A DNA stretch of 64,000 nucleotides from Gammaproteobacteria bacterium (GTDB lineage: Bacteria; Pseudomonadota; Gammaproteobacteria; Arenicellales; Poriferihabitantaceae), in the NCBI GenBank assembly GCA_022822625.1, contig JAJEAV010000057.1, positions 8,561-72,560 of the forward strand, in the 5' to 3' direction. The position numbers and the translations under genes are program-made. A model generated the notes under the pieces. That model was not told the origin of the DNA, did no database searches, and saw only the letters and a list, made by a program, of their open reading frames with translations. Shown in pieces: positions 52,374 through 62,561 of this stretch (its first letter is position 1; every line of letters starts with the position of its first letter).

Positions 52374-54153
52374 TGGCTTCCGGCCGGGGAAATTTTCCAC
52401 ATTCGGCAAAAATTCGTCTTGTGCAATTATTGCAGATATCGGGATTGAGACGTTCAAATATTCCGGCAATTGCATCGTGCTTTGAATGAAAAACATTATG
52501 CTCCCCGATGTAATCGAGATAGCCCCCGCGCCGCATGACCTTGTTGGCGTTTCGTTTCAACCTGTACAAGTACAGATCACCACCATTCTTTCTGCGCTCT
52601 TGCGTTTCGTGAAACAGCAGTTCTGCCCCAGCCCAGTCAATCTGATTGATGCCCTTGGTCAATAGCAGCAAATGCTTTTGTTCAGGGTAATGCTCACGAT
52701 ATAAATTCAGCATCTCGCGCACATATGTGATCGACCCAAAATAAATCGAATCCTCGATACGCAGAATTTTCAACTGTGGACATTCAGGAGAAGAAATCCC
52801 GGATGTGAATTTTCGGTTGGGCTGGGAATTGTCCGGCACACGAGACTCGATACGAGGGCGCGAGGTCTTTCTCAGATAAATCATCAGGGACATGATGACC
52901 CCCAATAAAATCGCAAATTCCAGTTTGAACAGAATCGTACTGACGAATGTCACGGCCACAATCGCCGTTTCCATACGATCAACAGTAAACAGCAATTTCA
53001 ATTGAGCAATATTGATCAATCTGAGCGCAACCAGGATCAGCAATGCCGCAACCGAAGCGACCGGCAAGAATGCGGTTAAGGGAGCAATCAAAAGAATCAG
53101 CGGAATCAACAGGACTCCGGCAATGATCGCAGCAAGCGGGGTCCTGCCCCCCGCCGAATAATTGGCAGCACTACGGTTGAACGAACCGGTCGCAACGTAG
53201 GACGAGAAGAAACTGCCGACAATATTGGACAGCCCCTGCCCAAAAAACTCCTGATTGCTATTCACGATCTGGCCAGACTTGAGAGCCAGGGACCTCGAAA
53301 TCGACACCGCCTCGGTCAAGGCAAACAAGGTCATGGCCAATGCCAGAGGCGCCAGTTCCTGAAGTATCTGAATGGAAAGATCGGGTGAAGAAATCGGCGG
53401 TAGTCGTTGCGGCAGAGATCCAACCATATCGATACCGGTCATGTCCGGACCAAAGACCCGGTTCAGTATCACCGCTATCAGACTGCCAATCACAAGTGCG
53501 GCGATCATGCCGGGATACCTCGGCCATTTTTTCTGAAAGAACAGGACTACACCAATCGTGATCAGGCTAATCAACAGAACCAGCGGATGAAAGGCCTCCC
53601 AGTTCTGCATCAGGTACAGGACCGACTCGTAGAGATTGTTCTGCTCGGGGAATTCCAGTCCCAGAAAACCCTTGAGCTGCTTGGCAACAATCAGTAATGC
53701 GGCTCCAGCCGTAAATCCGACGATAACCGAATGGGATATGAAGTTGACCAGCACTCCCATTCTGAGCAAGGCCATGGCAAACTGCGTAATACCAACCATA
53801 AATGCCAGAGTGATTGCCAAAGTCACATACTCCTGGCTGCCCGGTACGGCCAGTACGCTTAACGAGGAATACATGATTACGGATGCCGCGGTGGTTGGCC
53901 CGGAAATCAGGTGCCACGATGAACCAAACAATGCAGCCACAATTGCCGGTACGATACTGGCATACAGACCATATTCAAGCGGCATGCCGGCAATTGCAGC
54001 AAATGCCACGCCTTGAGGCAGGACAATCGCCGCGCCCGTCAACCCGGCCGAAAAATCTGCTCGGACCGTATCTCGATCCAGGTTCCCTGTCCAACGCAGA
54101 AATGGAAACAGTTTTCTGGATGAAGTGCGTAAACGCCTGAATTGAAATTTCAC
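52327..54153 (-). CDS. SulP-family anion transporter with C-terminal STAS domain
   Basis: ADFSAGLTGAAIVLPQGVAFAAIAG..., multiple TM segments, and a STAS-like C-terminus (KILRIEDSIYFGS...). Confidence 0.9.
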   Translation of the reverse strand: MKFQFRRLRTSSRKLFPFLRWTGNLDRDTVRADFSAGLTGAAIVLPQGVAFAAIAGMPLEYGLYASIVPAIVAALFGSSWHLISGPTTAASVIMYSSLSVLAVPGSQEYVTLAITLAFMVGITQFAMALLRMGVLVNFISHSVIVGFTAGAALLIVAKQLKGFLGLEFPEQNNLYESVLYLMQNWEAFHPLVLLISLITIGVVLFFQKKWPRYPGMIAALVIGSLIAVILNRVFGPDMTGIDMVGSLPQRLPPISSPDLSIQILQELAPLALAMTLFALTEAVSISRSLALKSGQIVNSNQEFFGQGLSNIVGSFFSSYVATGSFNRSAANYSAGGRTPLAAIIAGVLLIPLILLIAPLTAFLPVASVAALLILVALRLINIAQLKLLFTVDRMETAIVAVTFVSTILFKLEFAILLGVIMSLMIYLRKTSRPRIESRVPDNSQPNRKFTSGISSPECPQLKILRIEDSIYFGSITYVREMLNLYREHYPEQKHLLLLTKGINQIDWAGAELLFHETQERRKNGGDLYLYRLKRNANKVMRRGGYLDYIGEHNVFHSKHDAIAGIFERLNPDICNNCTRRIFAECGKFPRPEANGREDALESGKKDRG

Positions 54154-54217
54154 GTTATATTCCTGCCTGACCTTGCGACCCGCATGCTGATTGCGAAAAA
54201 TCGGTCAGTGATCGCAT

Positions 54218-54517
54218 TCAGCTGATTAACAAGGATACACCGGCGATACCAAGAATAAATGCATAGCCCCAGAGACCATTGCGAATCATCGATTGAATCA
54301 GGGTTTCACCGGAACCGGCAGTAGCCCATGAAATCAGTGCCCAGAAAGGTATCGTGTAGATCAAAAAGGACGGCAAGCCAGTCAGGCCAGTCCAGATTAC
54401 GACCTGGTGCAGGAACATAGAACCCAGTCCAAAGGCAATGAACGTAAACAGTAGCGAGAGTACGCTTGAATTATTGGACTTGATGAGTGTATCAAGTATC
54501 ATATGCTCCTCATTCAA
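54218..54517 (-). CDS. Small hypothetical membrane protein (about 3 TM)
   Basis: Three hydrophobic stretches. No family recognised. It is divergent from the aminotransferase gene. Confidence 0.5.
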   Translation of the reverse strand: MNEEHMILDTLIKSNNSSVLSLLFTFIAFGLGSMFLHQVVIWTGLTGLPSFLIYTIPFWALISWATAGSGETLIQSMIRNGLWGYAFILGIAGVSLLIS

Positions 54518-54583
54518 AATGTAATGTGCAATACATTACTATCATAATCTCATCCGGCAACCCTAACATCAGGATTTTTCATC

Positions 54584-55957
54584 ATGCAACACTATAATAC
54601 TGCCTTGTTGCGAGACATTGACCACAGGCATTACTACCACCCTTTTACCAACCATCCGGAAATGTGGTCAAAGGGCACGCGAATTATCACCGGGGCAGAA
54701 AACATCTATATCAATGACAGCGATGGCAATCGTTATCTCGATGCCATGAGTGGGTTGTGGTGCGTCAATATCGGATACGGGAGGCATGAACTTGCAGAAA
54801 CTGCCAAAAGGCAAATGGAGCAACTCCCCTATTACAACAGTTTCTTTCAGACCGCACAGCTACCGGCGGTCGAATTGTCCGAGATGCTGGCCTCCCTGAC
54901 TCCGGAAGGGCTCGACCGAACATTTTTCGGATGCTCAGGGTCCGATGCGAACGACACCATCGTGCGCCTGGTCAGACACTTCTGGGCCTGTCAGGGCCAT
55001 CCGGACAAGAATATCATCGTCAGCCGCAAGAACGCCTATCATGGTTCGACGATTGCAGGCACCAGCCTTGGCGGCATGACCTCCATGCATGCACAGGGCG
55101 GATTGCCAATCCCCAATATCATGCACATCAACCAGCCCTACCACTATCGTGAGGGCGGAGGGATGACCCCTGAGGAATTTGGGCATGAACGGGCCAGAGA
55201 ACTCGAAACACTGATTCTCGAGGCTGGACCAGACCGGATTGCCGCCTTTATTGGCGAGCCGATTCAAGGCGCCGGCGGTGTCATCATCCCACCCCAGAGC
55301 TATTGGCCCGAAATCAACAGAATCTGCAGAAAACATGACGTACTTCTGTGTGCAGATGAAGTGATATGCGGATTCGGACGAACCGGCAACTGGTTTGGTT
55401 CCCAGACCCTCGGCATTAAAGCCGACATCCTGACCCTGGCGAAGGGCCTGTCTTCCGGCTACCAGCCAATCAGCGCAGTAGTCTTTTCCGAACAGATCGG
55501 CGAAGTGCTTGATGACAAAGGAGGAGAATTTACACACGGCTACACCTACTCCGGACATCCGGTTGCCTGTGCAGTCGCCCTGAAGAACCTCCAGATCATG
55601 TGCGATGAACGGATTATTGAAAATGCCCGGGAAAATACCCTCGATTACCTGCAGTCCAAAATCGCCCTGCTTGGCAAGCACCCCCTGGTCGGTGAGGCAA
55701 GAGGCTGCGGATTCCTGGGCGCCCTGGAACTGGTCAAGGACACCGAGTCCAAGGAGAAATTTGACGATCAAGCCACCGCAGGCAAGACATGTCGCGACAT
55801 CGCCCTGAATAACGGCCTCATCATGCGGGCCATTGGCGATACCATGGTCATGTGCCCACCCCTGATCATTACCCGTGAACAAATAGATGACATGTACAGG
55901 CTAGTTCTGAAGACATTAAACCAAACCCAGGATGCCCTGAATCAACAACCCACATGA
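54584..55957 (+). CDS. Class-III (omega) pyridoxal-phosphate aminotransferase
   Basis: LDAMSGLWCVNIGYG, FFGCSGSDANDT, ADEVICGFGRTG and LAKGLSSGYQP (PLP Lys). It resembles SpuC/beta-alanine-pyruvate-type transaminases. Confidence 0.9.
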   Translation: MQHYNTALLRDIDHRHYYHPFTNHPEMWSKGTRIITGAENIYINDSDGNRYLDAMSGLWCVNIGYGRHELAETAKRQMEQLPYYNSFFQTAQLPAVELSEMLASLTPEGLDRTFFGCSGSDANDTIVRLVRHFWACQGHPDKNIIVSRKNAYHGSTIAGTSLGGMTSMHAQGGLPIPNIMHINQPYHYREGGGMTPEEFGHERARELETLILEAGPDRIAAFIGEPIQGAGGVIIPPQSYWPEINRICRKHDVLLCADEVICGFGRTGNWFGSQTLGIKADILTLAKGLSSGYQPISAVVFSEQIGEVLDDKGGEFTHGYTYSGHPVACAVALKNLQIMCDERIIENARENTLDYLQSKIALLGKHPLVGEARGCGFLGALELVKDTESKEKFDDQATAGKTCRDIALNNGLIMRAIGDTMVMCPPLIITREQIDDMYRLVLKTLNQTQDALNQQPT

Positions 55958-56012
55958 ACCAGGCATTCCGATCCTCTTGTTGTCCTGAACTCTGAATACG
56001 TCTTCCAATCCG

Positions 56013-56963
56013 ATGGCAGAATCAGACCGGTCTGGGAAACCGGGTTCACCCAAAGCCGAGACTTTCGTCAACGGCGACCTACAGCGAACCAATGGAATCC
56101 GAAAAATCTTTTACGATGGCTACTGGATTCGCTACTATGAACCCCCAGCTGAATCATTCAGTGCCAAGAAACGATTACTCGATGCCCTGACCCGCCGGGC
56201 CTTCCATCATACCGAGCCCGGAATTAACACTCCTGGCGATCGCCTTGACAGCGTACGCAAGGCCTATGATGAGGAAACCGACCCGCAGCGCAGGCGGGTC
56301 AATGCAGCAATGCTGGCAGGATCACTGTTTAATCGAGCGAGCGACATCTTTACTGCAATCGTCGACCTTGAAGAACGCGGCATCGTGGTCACCGAAAATG
56401 ATGACCTGATGAAGCGGTGTGAGAGTTGCCTGACCGAAGCCCTGTCATTATGCACCAATGTCAAGCATTACAGCGGGGAAGAAGGCGTCGATGAGTTGTG
56501 GGGTGAGCCCGTCAAGGTTTTCACCATGTCAATTGCCGATTATTATCTCAGTCGATACCGGAAAATCGCCCAGGCCATGAAAGAAATCGACCATATTGGG
56601 GAAATCATTGACATGACCATCTGCTCTCTCCCCTGGTTTGAAGGATCGTATCCGTTAATGGAAGGCTTCATCAAAATTGCCAAGTCTGAAAGTGAAGTCC
56701 TGAGAAGTGACCCGGACTACCTTCGCATCTGGCCTGAATTTGTTGCCGGCGGCGAGAACATTCTCAATTTCCAGCCCAATATTCCTGAAGATGCCGGCAC
56801 CGGCCTTGAACGACACATCAACCGCGGATTCCATCTGCTTTGTGCTGGCAAGAACCTCATCACCTGGATTGCCAACATCCGTGTACCGATGCCAGTCAGT
56901 ACCGAACAGTATCTAAAAAAATGTGCGCTCTACCGGAAAAATACTCTAAAATTCACCGCGTGA
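56013..56963 (+). CDS. Hypothetical protein, 316 aa
   Basis: Balanced composition and a long ORF, 28 nt upstream of gcvT on the same strand. No family recognised. Confidence 0.6.
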   Translation: MAESDRSGKPGSPKAETFVNGDLQRTNGIRKIFYDGYWIRYYEPPAESFSAKKRLLDALTRRAFHHTEPGINTPGDRLDSVRKAYDEETDPQRRRVNAAMLAGSLFNRASDIFTAIVDLEERGIVVTENDDLMKRCESCLTEALSLCTNVKHYSGEEGVDELWGEPVKVFTMSIADYYLSRYRKIAQAMKEIDHIGEIIDMTICSLPWFEGSYPLMEGFIKIAKSESEVLRSDPDYLRIWPEFVAGGENILNFQPNIPEDAGTGLERHINRGFHLLCAGKNLITWIANIRVPMPVSTEQYLKKCALYRKNTLKFTA

Positions 56964-56991
56964 TTCGATTAATCAATGTCGTGAGAGACAG

Positions 56992-58128
56992 TTGGATACC
57001 GATCTCAACAAAACCGCACTCCATAACCAACATCTGACAGCAGGTGCCAAGATGGTACCGTTTGCCGGCTACGAGATGCCCGTCAGCTACCCGTCAGGCA
57101 TTATCCGGGAACATCAACATACCCGTGAACATGCAGGGCTATTTGATGTTTCCCACATGGGGCAAATTCTCATCGAGGGAGATCATTGTGCAGAGATTCT
57201 GGAGACCATCCTGCCCTCTGACCTGATCAGTCTTCCACTTCGGAAACTTCGCTATTCGCTGTTGCTCAACGAACAAGGGGGAATCCTTGACGACCTGATT
57301 GTCCTGCGAACCGATCCTGACAGGTTTATTCTTGTCGTTAACGCAGGCTGTAAACACCAGGATCTTCAACACCTGAAGACCACTCTCGGAAATCAGCTCA
57401 ATATTTCAATGGTTCCTGGAAATTCCTTGCTGGCCCTGCAGGGGCCCGAGAGCGCTTCGGTCATGCAAAGTCTGGGACAGCAGGTATCCGACATGGGCTT
57501 CATGCAGAACCGGGACATGAATCTTGCGGATATAGCCTGCAATGTCTCCCGTTCAGGGTATACCGGAGAAGATGGATTTGAAATATCCGTTGAAGATCGT
57601 CTTGCCGATCCACTTGCCGAAATCCTGCTCGCGGATGAAAGGGTCATGTGGGCAGGTCTCGGAGCCCGTGACTCCCTGAGAATGGAAGCCGGACTGAATC
57701 TCTATGGACAGGAAATGAATGACTCTCTGACTCCACTGGATGCTGGTGTTTTCTGGGCCATATCCAAATCCAGAAGACCCGATGGCAGGCAACCGGGCGG
57801 GTTTGTGGGGTCGGAAGCGATTTTCGATGCCTTATCCAGACCGCAAGAGAAAAAGTTGGTCGGTTTGGTACCGGGAGGGCGAGTTCCCTTGCGAGGCGGA
57901 GTTGAACTGCTGGACCAGGCCGACAATCCGATTGGGCATGTCACGAGCGGAGGCTATAGTCCGAGTCTATCGCACCCGATATGTCTCGCTATAATCGATA
58001 GTCGGCACTCGGCAATTGGGAATACAATATATGCCAGTGTCAGAAACCGTCAGATACCGACAACCGTAAGTACGCTACCCTTTGTCAAACATCGTTACCA
58101 TAGGGTTCCCGACAATCTCAAAAAATGA
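56992..58128 (+). CDS. gcvT: Glycine cleavage system aminomethyltransferase T
   Basis: TTG start. TALHNQHLTAGAKMVPFAGYEMPVSY..., GLFDVSHMGQ, SRSGYTGEDGFEIS. Confidence 0.93.
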   Translation: MDTDLNKTALHNQHLTAGAKMVPFAGYEMPVSYPSGIIREHQHTREHAGLFDVSHMGQILIEGDHCAEILETILPSDLISLPLRKLRYSLLLNEQGGILDDLIVLRTDPDRFILVVNAGCKHQDLQHLKTTLGNQLNISMVPGNSLLALQGPESASVMQSLGQQVSDMGFMQNRDMNLADIACNVSRSGYTGEDGFEISVEDRLADPLAEILLADERVMWAGLGARDSLRMEAGLNLYGQEMNDSLTPLDAGVFWAISKSRRPDGRQPGGFVGSEAIFDALSRPQEKKLVGLVPGGRVPLRGGVELLDQADNPIGHVTSGGYSPSLSHPICLAIIDSRHSAIGNTIYASVRNRQIPTTVSTLPFVKHRYHRVPDNLKK

Positions 58129-58168
58129 TCTTATTTCTGCAACAATCTTTAGAGCGGAGAAAACAAGC

Positions 58169-58543
58169 ATGAAGACCAGATATACCGAAGAACATGAATG
58201 GATTACCCAGAATGACGATGTCTTCACGATTGGAATCACTGATTATGCACAGGAACAGCTAGGAGACATCGTTTTCGTCCAGTTACCCGAGATCGACAGT
58301 GAAATCAACAAGGACGAGGAATTGTCCTGCATTGAATCGGTCAAGGCAGCCGGAGAAGTCCAGTCTCCCATCAGCGGAATTGTGCTGGAAGTCAATAATG
58401 ACCTGGATGGAGAACCCGAACTGATCAATGACTCGGCGGAAGATCTAGGCTGGCTCTGCAAGATCAAGTGTACCGACCACAGTGAATTCAACTCACTCAT
58501 GGATGCCCATCAATATCAGGCATTCCTTCGCCAGTTGTCCTGA
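58169..58543 (+). CDS. gcvH: Glycine cleavage system H protein (lipoyl carrier)
   Basis: Start trimmed to ATG 58169 with a GGAGA RBS. YTEEHEWI...GITDYAQEQLGDIVFV...ESVKAAGEV (lipoyl Lys). Confidence 0.95.
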   Translation: MKTRYTEEHEWITQNDDVFTIGITDYAQEQLGDIVFVQLPEIDSEINKDEELSCIESVKAAGEVQSPISGIVLEVNNDLDGEPELINDSAEDLGWLCKIKCTDHSEFNSLMDAHQYQAFLRQLS

Positions 58544-58586
58544 TTCTCCCCAGACGCCAAACCATCAATTTACTCGCAAGGACATA

Positions 58587-61445
58587 ATGCCCAGAGCTGA
58601 CGATTTTACGAAACGGCATATCGGTTCGACGCCAGAGCAGATTTCGCAAATGCTGAACGATCTTGGATTGGGTTCTCTTGACGAGTTGCTTGAAACGACC
58701 ATTCCTGACGCGATCGTCAGCAAGCATGACCTGTCCCTGCCCCGCTCCCTCGACGAGAACCGACTCAATAAGGAGGTTCGCACCATTGCTGCCGAGAACC
58801 ATGTTGCCATATCCATGATTGGCATGGGGTATTATGGAACCGTGACCCCTCCTGTGATTCGCAGGAATGTTCTTGAGAATCCGGACTGGTATACCGCCTA
58901 TACCCCATATCAGGCTGAAATCAGCCAGGCACGTCTTGAAGTCCTGATGGCCTTTCAGCAAATGATCATGGATTTGACCTCCATGGACCTTGCCAATGCC
59001 TCATTGCTGGATGAGGCAACGGCAGCGGCTGAAGCGATGCAGGTGGCAAAACGAGTCAGTAAAAACAAGTCAGCCCGGATTGTTGTTGATCAGAATATCT
59101 TCCCGCAAACCCTGGCAGTCATCCAGACCCGTGCAGAACCGCTGGGTATTGAAGTAATTGTCGGAGATCTGGAAGCCGGGCTTGCTGAAGAACCGTGTTT
59201 TGCCGCACTCATGCAAAACCCGGCTGGAGACGGCTTGTTCCGGGATTACAAGCCCATCATCGAACAATTGCATCAACAGAATGCACTGGCGATTGTCGTA
59301 GCCGACCTCCTATCGCTGGTCATGACCCAACCACCCGGAGAAATGGGCGCAGACATCGTAGTGGGCAGTACTCAGCGATTCGGCGTTCCGATGGGATTTG
59401 GTGGACCACATGCGGCATATCTCGCCACACATGAAAAACACAAGCGCTCCATTCCAGGGCGACTGATTGGCACCACCGTCGATTCAAACGGCAACCTTGC
59501 CTATCGCATGGCATTACAGACTCGAGAGCAGCATATCCGTCGAGACAAGGCAACCAGCAATATCTGCACTTCCCAGGTCTTGCTAGCCATCATGGCCACG
59601 GTATATGCCATGTATCATGGACCTGAGGGCTTGTACCGAATTGCTTCGGGCATTAACCGCCTGGCCCGGGTTCTGGCATCGGAACTAGCCAATCTTGGGT
59701 TTGAAGTGGTTCATGATCATTACTTTGATACCTTGAAGATTCGTATACCGGGCAAGGCCTCCAGCCTCATTGACAAGGCTGAACGTGCCCGCTACAACCT
59801 CAGGCTGATTGATGATGACCATGTCGGAATCAGTCTGGATGAAACGACAAGCCGCGAAAAGGTAGTCGGGCTGCTTGAAGTCTTTGAAGGACTGACTACG
59901 GGCCAGGTTCGGGGCAATTTATTTGATATTGATCTGCCGGGTTCCATTCCTGATCACCTGGCTCGAACCAGTGACTATCTGACTCATCCGATCTTTCACC
60001 ATTTTCGCTCGGAAACCGAGTTCATGCGTTACTTGCGAAGAACGGCCAGCAAGGACATTACGCTTGCACAATCCATGATTCCACTCGGCTCATGCACCAT
60101 GAAACTGAATGCGGCAAGCGAGATGGAACCGATTTCCAACCCAAACTTTGCGCATATTCATCCATTTGCACCTTCAAGACACACTTACGGCTATCAAGCG
60201 TGTATCGGTTCTCTTGAGAAAATGCTTTGCGAAATCACCGGGTTTGACAGTTTTTCCTTCCAGCCCAATGCCGGGTCACAGGGCGAGTATGCCGGTCTCC
60301 TGTGCATTCGGGCCTATCATCATGCCAACAGCAACCCGGATCGGGATGTCTGCTTGATCCCCTCATCCGCGCATGGAACCAATCCGGCAAGTGCGATCAT
60401 GGTCGGCATGAAAGTGGTCGTGGTGAACTGCGATGCCAACGGCAACATCGATATCGATGATTTCAGAAACAAGGCCGAGCAATATCAGGACACATTGTCA
60501 GCAACCATGATCACCTACCCTTCCACACATGGGGTATTTGAAGAATCAATCGTGGAGTTATGCCAGATCGTGCACGACAATGGCGGTCAGGTCTACATGG
60601 ACGGTGCCAACATGAATGCCATGGTCGGGTTTTGTCGACCAGCCGAGATAGGTGCGGATGTCATGCATCTCAATTTACACAAGACCTTTGCCATTCCCCA
60701 TGGCGGTGGTGGACCTGGCATGGGCCCGATCGGAGTCAGAAACCACTTGCGACCGTTTTTACCCGATCACCCGGTAGTCAGCTGCAACCGGGGGGGTTCG
60801 ACACCCATTGGAACGATCTCGGGTGCTCCATGGGGGTCACCACTGATTTTGCTGATTTCCTGGAGCTATCTCCGACTGCTCGGCAAGCATGGCTTGCGGA
60901 GGTCAACACAAATCGCAATCTTGAATGCCAACTATATCGCTCACCGTCTTGACCCGCACTATCCGGTTGTCTACAAGGGTGCTCAGGGGCGCGTTGCACA
61001 TGAATGCGTGATAAACCTCGCTCCCATCAAGGAGAGTGCAGGAGTCACTGTCGATGATGTTGCAAAACGCCTGATTGATTACGGATTTCATGCCCCAACC
61101 GTGTCCTGGCCGGTCCCGGATTCGATGATGATCGAGCCGACCGAGAGTGAGTCGCTGGATGAACTCAATCGCTTCTGCGATGCGATGATTCGCATTCGGG
61201 AGGAAATCGCTGAAATCGAACAGGGCAAGGTATCGCTGGAGAATAGCCTGTTAACCAATGCACCACATGCCTATCATCTGCTGACCGAGGAGAACTGGGA
61301 CCGCCCCTACAGCAAGGAAAGGGCGTTTTTTCCAACCCGTGAGACAAGGCGCAACAAGTTCTGGCCCCCGGTTGGACGCATTGACAATGTACATGGGGAC
61401 CGCAATCTGGTTTGCACATGTCCTCCCATTCATGAATACGAATAG
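58587..61445 (+). CDS. gcvP: Glycine dehydrogenase (decarboxylating), single-chain P protein
   Basis: Start trimmed to ATG 58587 (MPRADDFTKRHIGS...). TPYQAEISQARLE, HLNLHKTFAIPHGGGGPG (PLP Lys). Confidence 0.97.
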   Translation: MPRADDFTKRHIGSTPEQISQMLNDLGLGSLDELLETTIPDAIVSKHDLSLPRSLDENRLNKEVRTIAAENHVAISMIGMGYYGTVTPPVIRRNVLENPDWYTAYTPYQAEISQARLEVLMAFQQMIMDLTSMDLANASLLDEATAAAEAMQVAKRVSKNKSARIVVDQNIFPQTLAVIQTRAEPLGIEVIVGDLEAGLAEEPCFAALMQNPAGDGLFRDYKPIIEQLHQQNALAIVVADLLSLVMTQPPGEMGADIVVGSTQRFGVPMGFGGPHAAYLATHEKHKRSIPGRLIGTTVDSNGNLAYRMALQTREQHIRRDKATSNICTSQVLLAIMATVYAMYHGPEGLYRIASGINRLARVLASELANLGFEVVHDHYFDTLKIRIPGKASSLIDKAERARYNLRLIDDDHVGISLDETTSREKVVGLLEVFEGLTTGQVRGNLFDIDLPGSIPDHLARTSDYLTHPIFHHFRSETEFMRYLRRTASKDITLAQSMIPLGSCTMKLNAASEMEPISNPNFAHIHPFAPSRHTYGYQACIGSLEKMLCEITGFDSFSFQPNAGSQGEYAGLLCIRAYHHANSNPDRDVCLIPSSAHGTNPASAIMVGMKVVVVNCDANGNIDIDDFRNKAEQYQDTLSATMITYPSTHGVFEESIVELCQIVHDNGGQVYMDGANMNAMVGFCRPAEIGADVMHLNLHKTFAIPHGGGGPGMGPIGVRNHLRPFLPDHPVVSCNRGGSTPIGTISGAPWGSPLILLISWSYLRLLGKHGLRRSTQIAILNANYIAHRLDPHYPVVYKGAQGRVAHECVINLAPIKESAGVTVDDVAKRLIDYGFHAPTVSWPVPDSMMIEPTESESLDELNRFCDAMIRIREEIAEIEQGKVSLENSLLTNAPHAYHLLTEENWDRPYSKERAFFPTRETRRNKFWPPVGRIDNVHGDRNLVCTCPPIHEYE

Positions 61446-61457
61446 ATCAACTGGACC

Positions 61458-62465
61458 TTGATGATGGCTGAGATCACGCAATCAGAGCGACCCCGCCCCA
61501 AACCAGTTGTCCAGGGGGAAAAGTTACGGGGTGCGGCAAAGATGGAGCGAATCCCGGTCAAGTTTGAACCGCTTCCGCGTAACCGGCTATTGAGAAAACC
61601 GAAATGGATACGCGCGAGCTTTACCGGCACGGCAGCAGTTGCATCACTGAAACAAAAACTGAGAGCAGGCGGACTGCATACGGTATGTGAAGAAGCAGCC
61701 TGTCCCAATCTTGGAGAATGTTTCAGCAACGGCACCGCGACCTTCATGATCATGGGAGACATATGCACACGCCGCTGTCCGTTTTGCGATGTTGCCCATG
61801 GCCGGCCCAATCCGTTGAATCCTGATGAACCGCATACGCTTGCCAGAACAGTTGCCAGCATGGGTCTTGGATATGTAGTGATTACCTCAGTTGACCGGGA
61901 CGACCTCAAGGATGGCGGGGCGAAGCATTTCACGGACTGTATTCAGGCCATACGGGAGCAAAGCCCAGACACCCGAATTGAAGTACTGGTGCCGGATTTT
62001 CGAGGTCGCATGGATATCGCTCTGCATATTCTGGATACGGCACCGCCGGATGTGTTCAACCACAATCTGGAAACCGTACCGAGGCTATATAAACAGGCTC
62101 GACCGGGATCAGATTATCAATTCTCGTTAACCCTACTGGAACGAGCCAAGAAGCAGTGGCCCCAAATGCCAACCAAATCCGGCATCATGCTGGGACTTGG
62201 CGAGACCCGTAGGGAAGTCCTGCAGGTCATGCAGGACATGCGCAAGCACAGCATTGACATGATTACGCTGGGACAATATCTACAACCGAGCCGTCATCAC
62301 CTTGCAGTCCAGAAATACTGGACGCCCAAGGAATTTGATGAGCTGGGCGAATACGGCAATCAGCTCGGATTTGCCAACGTTGCTTCCGGGCCCATGGTTC
62401 GCTCTTCCTATCATGCCGACTTGCAGGCGCACGAATTGGCTGAACAAACCAGCATCAGTCTATGA
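61458..62465 (+). CDS. lipA: Lipoyl synthase (radical SAM)
   Basis: [12 protein letters not shown] and [10 protein letters not shown] cysteine clusters. Confidence 0.95.
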   Translation: MMMAEITQSERPRPKPVVQGEKLRGAAKMERIPVKFEPLPRNRLLRKPKWIRASFTGTAAVASLKQKLRAGGLHTVCEEAACPNLGECFSNGTATFMIMGDICTRRCPFCDVAHGRPNPLNPDEPHTLARTVASMGLGYVVITSVDRDDLKDGGAKHFTDCIQAIREQSPDTRIEVLVPDFRGRMDIALHILDTAPPDVFNHNLETVPRLYKQARPGSDYQFSLTLLERAKKQWPQMPTKSGIMLGLGETRREVLQVMQDMRKHSIDMITLGQYLQPSRHHLAVQKYWTPKEFDELGEYGNQLGFANVASGPMVRSSYHADLQAHELAEQTSISL

Positions 62466-62561
62466 TAGACTTACATGTTCAATCAAATTGGAATAATCAA
62501 TTCGAAAGAGTCCGATTATCCATAATATTAACTTTCTTATTATCCAGAGGAGATTATATTC

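Noticed and set aside
54935-55882. 315-aa minus-strand ORF antisense to the aminotransferase, with similar cases at 62997..63800 (antisense to the SBP), 61430..61933 (antisense to lipA) and 46650..47270 (antisense to serS)
   Set aside because: These are long shadow ORFs opposite strongly recognisable genes. I recognised no motifs, and no independent start or RBS context supports them.
55958-56991. Glycine riboswitch upstream of the gcv genes
   Set aside because: The non-coding spacers are only 55 nt (before the 316-aa ORF) and 28 nt (before gcvT). Both are too short for a glycine riboswitch aptamer, and I saw no conserved aptamer core.
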